Assembly (NCBI RefSeq): GCF_900103085.1
Contig: NZ_FMWR01000017.1
Coordinates: 88,040-128,039, forward strand
Length of the DNA: 40,000 nucleotides
From: Gilliamella mensalis
GTDB taxonomy: Bacteria > Pseudomonadota > Gammaproteobacteria > Enterobacterales > Orbaceae
Direction: 5' to 3'
The notes under the pieces are model-generated. The model had not been told where the DNA came from. It was given only the letters and a program-made list of their open reading frames with translations, and did no database searches. The translations under genes were made by a program, and so were the position numbers. This document shows positions 6,539 to 14,172 of the stretch, piece after piece (position 1 is the stretch's first letter; every line of letters starts with the position of its first letter).

Positions 6539-9250
6539 TTAGCAAAAAATCAGGCTTACCTTTTTAGGTGTTTCTGGGTCATGATATTGAATTATTACAT
6601 CGATGTTTTGTCTCGAAGAAAATTTATTTAATTGTTCTTTAGGAATGTTAGACTTATGAATAAGACCATCTATTGAAAATTTATCATTAGTATCAAGTGC
6701 AACAAAAATTCCAAAAGGAGCCTTGTTTTTTATGACTCCTTTCAATTTTGTGCCTATAGGGTATTTTTTACAAAAATCTTTCCAATCATCATCTGAATCC
6801 AACATTCTCTTAAATCGATCAATAGTTAATCTTGGCTTTTCCATTGAAATTAATTGAGGTAATAATTCAGAAGTAGAGAATACTTGATTATCAGTTAACA
6901 TCTTGAGTGAAATTTTTTCTATATACTCAACAAAGCGGCAAGCCGTCTTACAAACCTTAGCTAATTTATAGGTATTTTTGGGATTGATCATTACATTTTT
7001 AATATCGGTCACTAATTTTTTGTCTGTTATTAGAGTGTCTTCAGAAACGGTAGCTAAATATGTTATATCATTTTCTAATAACTCTAAATGGGCATAACCC
7101 GCTGGAGCTAACTTTACATTAGTGTTTAATGTTATATTTTCACACTGAAAATCTTCACTTACAATGCACATAGCATGTGCGAGATAAGTGATTTGATTAA
7201 GCACTAAACTTTCAGAAAAACCTATATTATCTAAATCAGCTATTATATCTTTAACTAAAAAATAACCTTTTCGGAAATTTTTCTTTGAATCTCGTTTCTT
7301 TATCATAAGCTTAAGCCATCTAAGTATAGCTAAACGAATTAAATAAATCGGTATATTTTCATCGGTTATTTGTGCATCTAGAAGATTTTTTATTTTTGAG
7401 TACTTACTGATATAATATCGATGATTACCTCTCATTAATGCTCGAATAGCAACATGTTCTGGCATAGTATAACTACTATTATTAAATTTTCTTATTTTAA
7501 CTATTTCTTCATTTGGAATATGCCCACTACTACAAAAATTCAAAAACATTTCTAATGCAATCCTAATATTTCCCCCTGAAAGCCCTGTTAATAATCTCCT
7601 AATTGAATTTTCATTATTTAATACAGAATTCAACATACATAATAAATATACAGAACCATCACTATTTGGATCAAACTTCACATGCATACTATTTTTTAGT
7701 ATAAAATCACTATTTTTAGAGTTGACTGAGTTAGAATCAAAAATCAACTCTAATGCCATTTGAACTCTTCTAGTTAATACAGTTTGGAACTTAGGTGCAT
7801 CTATCCTGAAGCTATATTGCTTTATTGCTGTATCTAAAGGCTTTTGGTCTTTATAATTATCATATGTTTCATCTCTTAACGGTAAAAAAATTATAGATTT
7901 TAAAGAATCTTTCGCCCAATTAGCTACTTCAAACATTAATAATTGAGAATCTTTGTCTTTTTTGTCACAATTATCGAACACTATAATCATAGATTTAGCT
8001 CGTTCATTGGCCAAATGCCTAATATAGCACTTTAAAGTTAAATCTAAATTATTTTGACTATTTTCAAGTAAATCAAACAAACTTTTCTTATATGACTCAG
8101 TGTCTTCACTTAAAATAGCACCTCTTCCCTTTTTAAAACTATTTACTTCTACTGAATAAAGTTTCATTAAAAAATCGAGGCTATCAAAATCATATTCTGA
8201 GCTAAATTGTTTCTGTAAATTTTCAATTATCTCTTTTTGAACCCATGTATATATTTTTTCTTTGTCTAAAGGGGCATTATTTAAATCCAATCTTACCCAA
8301 ATTAAAGAGTCCTGAATCTTTTCGGGTATAGTATCTGTATATTGTAGTAAATCAATAAATGTAGATTTACCAACGCCGACCTTTCCAATCAATAAAATAA
8401 TTTGAGAATAAGAATTTTTAGAAAGAACTTCAAATATTTCTACTGGTTTATTGGTTTGTTGAATTTGTTGAGATATTAACTCACTTGCTGAGTTCGACAT
8501 TCTAACTACTCGATCAATTTCATGTTGAGTTTTTTTATTGATATCTGTGTTAATATAACCTTTCGTAACTATATATTTTCTGTGATCTTCTGTAAAAGGA
8601 TCAAATATCCACCTATAAGTGTCACTAATATTTTCGCCTAGAGGATTCTTTTTAATTTCTTCTTCTTGAGTTGTTTTACCGCCAATTGTTTTTCTTGGTT
8701 TTTGTATATATGGTGGTTTGATTTTTTGACTGATTTTTTTAATGCAAGAATTTAATCCCATTTCACCTATTGTTTCAATCAGGATATTTAAATTTTGTGA
8801 TCCATAAATTAATTGATTAACTTTACACGTAATAATAGGAGTATCAGAACCTACTGCTCCAAACATTAAATCAATACCATTACTTGCTAATATGTAATTG
8901 ACTGGATTTAATTCTCTATCAAATTTATCATTAACTTCATGTGCATATAGTCTGGCTTCTCTAAATGCTTCATCTAAATTTGTATCAGAAGGTTTTTTTA
9001 CTTCAATTACAACAATCGGATATCCTCCATTAACTAATAGATAGTCCGGGTAATAAATTTTAGCTGAATTCCCCTTTCCAATAGAATATTTATTGATATT
9101 ATGTTTTGTTAAAATATTGCTATTAGATAGACCAAGACCATATGGCTTTGGCGCTTTTAGGAAATTTATCATAAATAACTGTTCTACGTCACTTTCTGTC
9201 GAATTCTTATCAAAATTCAAATTACTCATATTTAAATCAGCACCTGTCAT
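6539..9250 (-). CDS. 903-aa multidomain protein: N-terminal HsdR-N/Mrr-like PD-(D/E)xK nuclease motif, central P-loop NTPase (ORC/Cdc6-like AAA+), C-terminal S1/OB fold; candidate phage-defence cargo
   Basis: Motifs read from the translation. aa 66-85, YYPDYLLV..PIVVIEVKK, gives D69/E83/K85. aa 285-297, ILLIGKVGVGKST, is Walker A (nt 8360-8386). aa 421-429, MIIVFDNCD, is Walker B. aa 556-568, LSGGNIRIALEMF, is sensor-2-like. aa 829-900, YPIGTKLKGVIKNKAPFGIFVALD..DGLIHKSNI, is S1-like (nt 6542-6766). RBS is AGGTGA. A possible promoter TTACCA-17-TTAAAT lies at 9279-9307 on the minus strand. Confidence 0.85.
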   Translation of the reverse strand: MTGADLNMSNLNFDKNSTESDVEQLFMINFLKAPKPYGLGLSNSNILTKHNINKYSIGKGNSAKIYYPDYLLVNGGYPIVVIEVKKPSDTNLDEAFREARLYAHEVNDKFDRELNPVNYILASNGIDLMFGAVGSDTPIITCKVNQLIYGSQNLNILIETIGEMGLNSCIKKISQKIKPPYIQKPRKTIGGKTTQEEEIKKNPLGENISDTYRWIFDPFTEDHRKYIVTKGYINTDINKKTQHEIDRVVRMSNSASELISQQIQQTNKPVEIFEVLSKNSYSQIILLIGKVGVGKSTFIDLLQYTDTIPEKIQDSLIWVRLDLNNAPLDKEKIYTWVQKEIIENLQKQFSSEYDFDSLDFLMKLYSVEVNSFKKGRGAILSEDTESYKKSLFDLLENSQNNLDLTLKCYIRHLANERAKSMIIVFDNCDKKDKDSQLLMFEVANWAKDSLKSIIFLPLRDETYDNYKDQKPLDTAIKQYSFRIDAPKFQTVLTRRVQMALELIFDSNSVNSKNSDFILKNSMHVKFDPNSDGSVYLLCMLNSVLNNENSIRRLLTGLSGGNIRIALEMFLNFCSSGHIPNEEIVKIRKFNNSSYTMPEHVAIRALMRGNHRYYISKYSKIKNLLDAQITDENIPIYLIRLAILRWLKLMIKKRDSKKNFRKGYFLVKDIIADLDNIGFSESLVLNQITYLAHAMCIVSEDFQCENITLNTNVKLAPAGYAHLELLENDITYLATVSEDTLITDKKLVTDIKNVMINPKNTYKLAKVCKTACRFVEYIEKISLKMLTDNQVFSTSELLPQLISMEKPRLTIDRFKRMLDSDDDWKDFCKKYPIGTKLKGVIKNKAPFGIFVALDTNDKFSIDGLIHKSNIPKEQLNKFSSRQNIDVIIQYHDPETPKKVSLIFC

Positions 9251-9425
9251 CTTTTCACCTAATAAGAAACAATAGTTAATTTAACCATAATAAAATATTA
9301 TTGGTAATAGTACCATTTATTAGAAAACTAGACTAACTCCATTTGAGGGAAACATTGGTTAATACTATTTGTGCTATACTTGTACAACATATCATCAGTT
9401 TTTATAGGGTTATCAAGCATTGTTA

Positions 9426-9687
9426 TTAACCTTTTATTAACCTAATATTGATTAATACTTTACCATTTTTAATTGACTCACACCAGTCAGATTCAATTTG
9501 CTTGATCTGACTATCATCAACCCAAACCCCTGCTGTTGTAAGTGAATCGAACAAAGCCTTGAAATGCTGATTCCATATTTTTTCTTAAATATCCGCCCTT
9601 TCGGTCCTTTCTTAAATGAATATCTGGACACCCTTTTTTACGCATTGTTTTTTCAAACTCCATGCGTTCTAAATTAATATTTATCAT
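9426..9687 (-). pseudogene. Small phage gene (~87 codons) apparently frameshifted in a homopolymer run
   Basis: MININLERMEFEKTMRKKGCPDIHLRKDRKGGYLRK continues in another frame as IWNQHFKALFDSLTTAGVWVDDSQIKQIESDWCESIKNGKV. The switch coincides with the T6/A6 run at 9578-9583. Confidence 0.3.
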
Positions 9688-9732
9688 TATTTAACCTTAC
9701 ATTCATATACAACATCACCAACATAAAAGGCA

Positions 9733-10326
9733 TTAAGCTTTTGGCATAGCCTCCATTCTATTTACCAAAAACCGAGCAGCATTATTGATTTGCTCTGGCG
9801 ATAGCCGATCAATAATCATTTTGTTAATGCTTTGTTTAACTTTTGTTTGATGTTCAATTGTTAAATTTTTTGCATACTCAAATGAACCTCGGTTATTACC
9901 GTTAATTTTTTGCTTATTATCAGAACGGACAAACGAAATACGACCATTCACAATAAAATAAATTTCACTAGCTAATTTTCGTAACTCGTTAAACCACTCA
10001 ACCGACGTATCAACGGGTAACAACATCACGGTACCAACACCGCGATCTGCGGCTTCACGTGCTTTTTTAACCCACGGTAAGATTCGAGAATAAGGAGGAT
10101 TACAGAACGCAAAACCGCTTTTTAAGTGAGCCCAACCGTTCAGTAACGAATCATATGACTCAGTTAAATAATTCAAATGCAAATGATTGTGATCACTAGC
10201 AGCCACATCACAAACAAAACTAAAACGAGCATTTAAAAATTCATATAACTCAATCGGCGTTTGCCATAGATCTTTTATATCTGAATCAGTTTTGCTTTTT
10301 GAATGTTTATAATCAACTTTACCCAT
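9733..10326 (-). CDS. Phage DNA N-6-adenine methyltransferase (Dam-type, PF05869-like)
   Basis: 197 aa. WQTPIELYEFLNARFSFVCDVAAS...LLNGW...FCNPPYSRILPWVKKA...VMLLPVDTSVEWF...GRISF includes the NPPY catalytic motif. Confidence 0.85.
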   Translation of the reverse strand: MGKVDYKHSKSKTDSDIKDLWQTPIELYEFLNARFSFVCDVAASDHNHLHLNYLTESYDSLLNGWAHLKSGFAFCNPPYSRILPWVKKAREAADRGVGTVMLLPVDTSVEWFNELRKLASEIYFIVNGRISFVRSDNKQKINGNNRGSFEYAKNLTIEHQTKVKQSINKMIIDRLSPEQINNAARFLVNRMEAMPKA

Positions 10327-11038
10327 TTTCTGCTATACTCCTTTTTGCTTTCTCTCTCGCCCTTTCTCTCATCGCGTTGACTGCATCAGAATTGCAATAA
10401 TATACGCCGTACCCTGATTTTTTTTCTTCAAGTTGGACACGAATTTCAGGTATTACTTCACCGTTACTCAATTTTTTTGCCCATTTGTTGATTAGCATTT
10501 CGGCACGCTTTTCAACCTCGAACTCAGATTGATTGTATTGGCGCATGTGCTTTCTCAGATCGGTAACAATCCAGTACATAACTGGATGAGACCATGGGAA
10601 TTGCTCCGCTGTTAGACATGAAAAACCAATCTCAGCACTATACTTGTTGAACTCTCGCATAACTTGAGCAACTGTTGGTAACCCCATATCTGATGCCTCG
10701 CCCTCTTTGCACCATGAAATAAATTGACCAGGCGATGGGACAAATGGCGTGCTTTGTTGACGTGCTTTCTTCATACCAATTTCAAACTGATGTAACGTTG
10801 TTATGCCGTTTTCTTTAAATGCCAGTAACCATTGGTTTTTGAACTCATCAAGATCTATCTGAGTTTTTATTAACGCCGTTATTGCAGGGAATACCTGTTT
10901 TAATTGGATAAATAATTTATTAAAGTTTTTTTCAATTTCACAATTAAATTTTGGCGTTCCAATACTTGTATTTTTTGAGTTGAAATTTTGCTTTATTGCA
11001 ATTTCAGATGCGCTGTAAATTTCGTTTAAAGGTTTCAT
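10319..11038 (-). CDS. Lambda P-like replication protein (helicase loader)
   Basis: 239 aa. FPAITAL...NQWLLAFKENGITTLHQFEIGMKKARQQSTPFVPSPGQFISWCKEG...GLPTVAQVM...PWSHPVMYWIVTDL is colinear with lambda P (RRQWIAAFAENGITTMEQL..RPFLPSPGQFVAWCRE..GLPNVSEL). Confidence 0.85.
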   Translation of the reverse strand: MKPLNEIYSASEIAIKQNFNSKNTSIGTPKFNCEIEKNFNKLFIQLKQVFPAITALIKTQIDLDEFKNQWLLAFKENGITTLHQFEIGMKKARQQSTPFVPSPGQFISWCKEGEASDMGLPTVAQVMREFNKYSAEIGFSCLTAEQFPWSHPVMYWIVTDLRKHMRQYNQSEFEVEKRAEMLINKWAKKLSNGEVIPEIRVQLEEKKSGYGVYYCNSDAVNAMRERAREKAKRSIAENG

Positions 11039-11886
11039 TGTAGAACCTCCTCACGTAACCAACCTGTACTATTCCAATCAATTTCAGACGATTTGTTTAC
11101 CGCTGTTTTACTATCAGATAACATTTGAGTCGTGAGGATCATCCATTTCTCAGAAAGGCTCGACGGTGACAAAATGTTTTTAAACCAAAATTCATGATGA
11201 TTAGCCCAATTAAAAACTTCTAATATTTCTCGTGTCCGCTTGTTGACTCGTTTTTTTAACAACCGAATCTCATTGCTCCATCGTGGCCAATTAGGTTCTT
11301 GGTAAGTTGGGTTAATCTCAAGCACTTTTTGATAAATATACTGGGCTACTTTCAAATCATCTTTTGAACCCCAGTATTTTCCGTTTGCTGAATAAATTTC
11401 AGCTTGAGGATGTTTTTCTAAAAATTGGGATAATTTATCAGCGTCGGAAATTTGGCTAAAATTTCCAGACCCTAATTTATTATTATTTATATTATTATTT
11501 ATATATGGATCGGGGTCAGATTCTGTCGGGTCAGTTTTTGACCGGTCAGAATGTGACGGGTCAGAATTTGGCTGGTGAGAATTAACAATTTCTAAAGCTA
11601 GTTTTTGTAGTTTTTGGACATTTATACAATACAAATTACTGTCATTCCGTTGACCATTTCGACGAGCTTTTACATATAACCAATCATCTTTCTTTAGGCT
11701 GCTAAGGGCTAACTTAACAGCACTTTTACTTGAGCCAGTTTGGCTGACAATTGTATCAATTGAGGGGAAACTACCCCCCTCATCATTGGAAAAATCAGCT
11801 AACCTTAGTAAAACTAATAATTTAGTTCCTTTCATTCCACTTGTAGCACAAACATCCCAAACATAGGAAGTTAACTTGGTACTCAT
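11035..11886 (-). CDS. Replication initiator (lambda O-like role; N-terminal winged-helix/HTH)
   Basis: 283 aa. The N-terminus SYVWDVCATSGMKGTKLLVLLRLADFSNDEGGSFPSIDTIVSQTGSSKSAVKLAL has an HTH_36-like pattern. The gene lies immediately upstream of the P-like gene and contains iterons plus an AT-rich tract. Confidence 0.7.
   Translation of the reverse strand: MSTKLTSYVWDVCATSGMKGTKLLVLLRLADFSNDEGGSFPSIDTIVSQTGSSKSAVKLALSSLKKDDWLYVKARRNGQRNDSNLYCINVQKLQKLALEIVNSHQPNSDPSHSDRSKTDPTESDPDPYINNNINNNKLGSGNFSQISDADKLSQFLEKHPQAEIYSANGKYWGSKDDLKVAQYIYQKVLEINPTYQEPNWPRWSNEIRLLKKRVNKRTREILEVFNWANHHEFWFKNILSPSSLSEKWMILTTQMLSDSKTAVNKSSEIDWNSTGWLREEVLQ
11473..11580. repeat. Putative replication origin inside the O-like gene: five iterons at exact 15-bp spacing plus an adjacent AT-rich tract
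   Basis: GGTCAG cores start at 11514, 11529, 11544 and 11559, with a GGTGAG variant at 11574. The AT tract TAATTTATTATTATTTATATTATTATTTATATAT lies at about 11473-11506. Confidence 0.6.
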
Positions 11887-12152
11887 AGATTAACCTCTTT
11901 GTTATTGTCGTTATTCAAACTTTGTTGTTTGATTAGAAAAGACCACAAAAATTCGACAAATTGGTGGCTGACAGGTGTCCAGATGTGATTTATCATGGCT
12001 TCATATTCAAAGCCTGATTGTGAAAACTTGCAACGCAATTGCGTTACAGTACAATTTAGTGTTAAACTATTCATGCGACTAATACTCCACAAGTGTTTTT
12101 TCGCAACCGACCGATAGCCTTCTGCAAAATTGCTATCGGTCACCCTTTCCAA
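11883..12152 (-). CDS. Hypothetical small phage protein (89 aa)
   Basis: ORF only. Its start overlaps the upstream gene's end and its stop overlaps the O-like gene's start (coupled arrangement). No recognisable motif. Confidence 0.4.
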   Translation of the reverse strand: MERVTDSNFAEGYRSVAKKHLWSISRMNSLTLNCTVTQLRCKFSQSGFEYEAMINHIWTPVSHQFVEFLWSFLIKQQSLNNDNNKEVNL

Positions 12153-12619
12153 AAATCATTTCAGTTATAACGATAATTTCACTCAATCTACATTGAATTG
12201 CATACGACGTAGCTTTTAATGACTTTTTCTCTTTTTTATCTAATATTCCATCTGCAGTAAATTCATTATGTTGCCGACAAAATTGACCCAGTTCTGCAAT
12301 AAGATTATTAAATTTATTTAATAACTCGTCGTTATCAAATTCATTAAATTCAGGCAACTTAACAAAAACACCGCCTCGATATTTTGCAATTGCCTCTGTA
12401 ATAACATTAGAATTGGCTTCTGCTTCCATTTCTAATATCATCCCCAGCGGTACCATTTGCCCATTTAATTGCCGCACACGATTGCGTAATGCATTTTCTG
12501 TACACTGACGTTGGATCTAGTCGTTTCGCCATTTCAGGGTACTTACCGTCAAATGATGTGATTAAATGATGAATTGCATCGGTTATCTCTTTCGGTGTTG
12601 GATAATTTCTATTGTCCAC
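12133..12619 (-). pseudogene. CII-like (CP76-type) regulatory protein, frameshifted
   Basis: Track ORFs 12407-12619 and 12133-12477 overlap in different frames. A third frame across about 12480-12517 reads IQRQCTENALRNRVRQLNGQMVPLGMILEMEAEA and links them. The position after cro matches cII. Confidence 0.5.
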
Positions 12620-12645
12620 ATTTACCTCTATTCTTGGTGGTTGTT

Positions 12646-12852
12646 TTAATTATGGTTTTCTTTATTTTGATAAAGGGTCTCATCAAATGCTAATTCCGAA
12701 TTAGTTCTAAATGCGGCTTCAATAGCGCGATCCTTTGGAATTAACTTCTGAGGTCTTTTTTGCCACTGATAAAAAGCTTCCGGGCTAATATTAAAAAACT
12801 CGGCCACTTTTTTGGGTGTTTTAAAATATGAAATTAATTGATCTGTAGTCAT
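12646..12852 (-). CDS. Cro-like / YdaS-family HTH regulator
   Basis: 68 aa, KKVAEFFNISPEAFYQWQKRPQKLIPKDRAIEAAFRTNSEL. It is divergent from the cI-like repressor across a 101-bp operator region. Confidence 0.7.
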   Translation of the reverse strand: MTTDQLISYFKTPKKVAEFFNISPEAFYQWQKRPQKLIPKDRAIEAAFRTNSELAFDETLYQNKENHN

Positions 12853-12867
12853 AACTACTCCTTATTA

Positions 12868-12883
12868 TCTAAGTTAAGTTAGA
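12868..12883. promoter_or_regulatory. Operator-like palindrome 1 (TCTAAG-N4-GTTAGA) in the cI/cro intergenic region
   Basis: It sits within the larger palindrome TTATCTAAGTTAAGTTAGATAA at 12865-12886. It shares the half-sites CTAA/TTAG at 6-nt spacing with 12917-12932 and 13765-13780. Confidence 0.5.
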
Positions 12884-12916
12884 TAACACTATCGAATTTA
12901 AACTAGATCAATAAAA

Positions 12917-12932
12917 ACTAAGATAGATTAGA
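12917..12932. promoter_or_regulatory. Operator-like palindrome 2 (ACTAAG-N4-ATTAGA)
   Basis: Same half-site geometry as 12868-12883, located 22 nt upstream of the cI start codon. Confidence 0.4.
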
Positions 12933-12953
12933 AAAAAATTTTTAGGTTTTATT

Positions 12954-13580
12954 ATGGAAACAGTTGGACAAAGAATAAAGAAATTACGAAAAGAGAATAA
13001 AAAAACTCAGATTGAGGTAGGTAAATTTTGCAATGTTTCCGATGTTACGGTTGGATTCTGGGAAAGAGATGTAAATGAACCAAAAGGCAGAGCATTGCAA
13101 TTATTAGCTAAGTTGTTTAATGTAGACATAAATTATATTTTATACGGATCATTAAATAATCTGTCACCAGTAAAATCATCAACTGTACAAACAGTTCCTT
13201 TACTATCGACAGTTCAAGCTGGGAATTTTACAGAACACATGATAAACAATAATGAAGTAGACGAATGGATCAATACTACATTTTCGATATCATCAGAATC
13301 ATTTGCGCTTAAAGTTGTCGGGGACTCAATGTTAAACCCTTTGGGTAACCCAAGCATACCAGAGGATTCAATTATAATAGTAGATACTTTGCAGTTTGCA
13401 GACAATGGAAAAATAGTTGTAGCAAGAATTGATGGAACGGATGAAGTAACAGTAAAAAAATTAGTAATAGATGGACCAAATAGATATTTGATGCCGCTAA
13501 ATCCACAATATAAAAGTATCCCAATTAATAATAATTGTGTAATTATCGGTGTCGTCAAAGGCGTTCAAATTGAATTATAA
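12954..13580 (+). CDS. cI-like prophage repressor (XRE HTH plus S24 LexA-type autopeptidase)
   Basis: 208 aa. The N-terminus QRIKKLRKENKKTQIEVGKFCNVSDVTVGFWE is the HTH. The C-terminus VQAGNF...ALKVVGDSMLNP...VARIDGTDEVTVKKL carries the Ser/Lys dyad. Confidence 0.9.
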   Translation: METVGQRIKKLRKENKKTQIEVGKFCNVSDVTVGFWERDVNEPKGRALQLLAKLFNVDINYILYGSLNNLSPVKSSTVQTVPLLSTVQAGNFTEHMINNNEVDEWINTTFSISSESFALKVVGDSMLNPLGNPSIPEDSIIIVDTLQFADNGKIVVARIDGTDEVTVKKLVIDGPNRYLMPLNPQYKSIPINNNCVIIGVVKGVQIEL

Positions 13581-13687
13581 AAGGAGATTTTATGAAAAAT
13601 ATAGTTCTAAGATTAATATTGATAATCTTATCAAACAATATTTAGAACTTTCGAAATCTCAATAGTAAAAATAAAATGCAATAAGAA

Positions 13688-13705
13688 GTGACCACGCTTG
13701 GTCAC
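13688..13705. terminator. Hairpin GTGACCA-CGCT-TGGTCAC between cI and the SieB-like cassette
   Basis: Perfect 7-bp stem. The T-richer tail is on the minus strand (TTCTTATTGCATTTTATTTTT), so it may terminate the convergent minus-strand cassette and/or the cI transcript. Confidence 0.4.
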
Positions 13706-13753
13706 TATTCTCCACGTCTTCTTTCGCTATGTTTTTCATAAAATAAGAACTTG

Positions 13754-13782
13754 TTGACTAAATTTCTAAGATAACTTAGAAT
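13754..13782 (+). promoter_or_regulatory. PL-like promoter (TTGACT-17 nt-TAGAAT) overlapped by operator-like palindrome 3 (13765-13780, TCTAAG-ATAA-CTTAGA)
   Basis: -35 at 13754-13759 and -10 at 13777-13782. The 16-bp palindrome has the same half-sites as the two sites in the cI/cro region, and the position matches OL/PL in an inverted lambda map. Confidence 0.45.
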
Positions 13783-13823
13783 TTAATTATTAATTTTACA
13801 TAGCTCTTTAAAAATCAAAACAT

Positions 13824-14039
13824 CTAATTAATTGTTCTTGTTTTCAGTTCGTCGTATTTGAAACCCGTTTCTGATTCCATGAATTCTACTGCTGAAATTG
13901 GATAACCGCATAAAGCGCATGAGATGCTTTTAACAAAAATAGCCTCATCATTTGGGTTTAGCTTAGGTTCATGTTCGAAAAGATATTCGTGGCTTTGGCA
14001 TATAACACAACTGTGTTTTATTGTTTTAATCTCGTCCAT
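13824..14039 (-). CDS. Small zinc-ribbon protein (71 aa)
   Basis: CVICQ...CALCG form two CxxC pairs. It is co-oriented with and downstream of the SieB-like gene. Confidence 0.45.
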   Translation of the reverse strand: MDEIKTIKHSCVICQSHEYLFEHEPKLNPNDEAIFVKSISCALCGYPISAVEFMESETGFKYDELKTRTIN

Positions 14040-14172
14040 AGTCTTAGATCAGTTAATCAGTTAATTAGAGTTATTCATTATAATAATAACACTGAATTTA
14101 TATACAGTGTTTTTTTGATGAATTGTTTTGATAGTTCTTTAAAAATTAGGAACAGCATTAACCAAGTGTATT

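Noticed and set aside
13214-13558. 114-aa minus-strand ORF inside the repressor gene
   Set aside because: It is a shadow ORF of the well-supported cI-like S24 domain.
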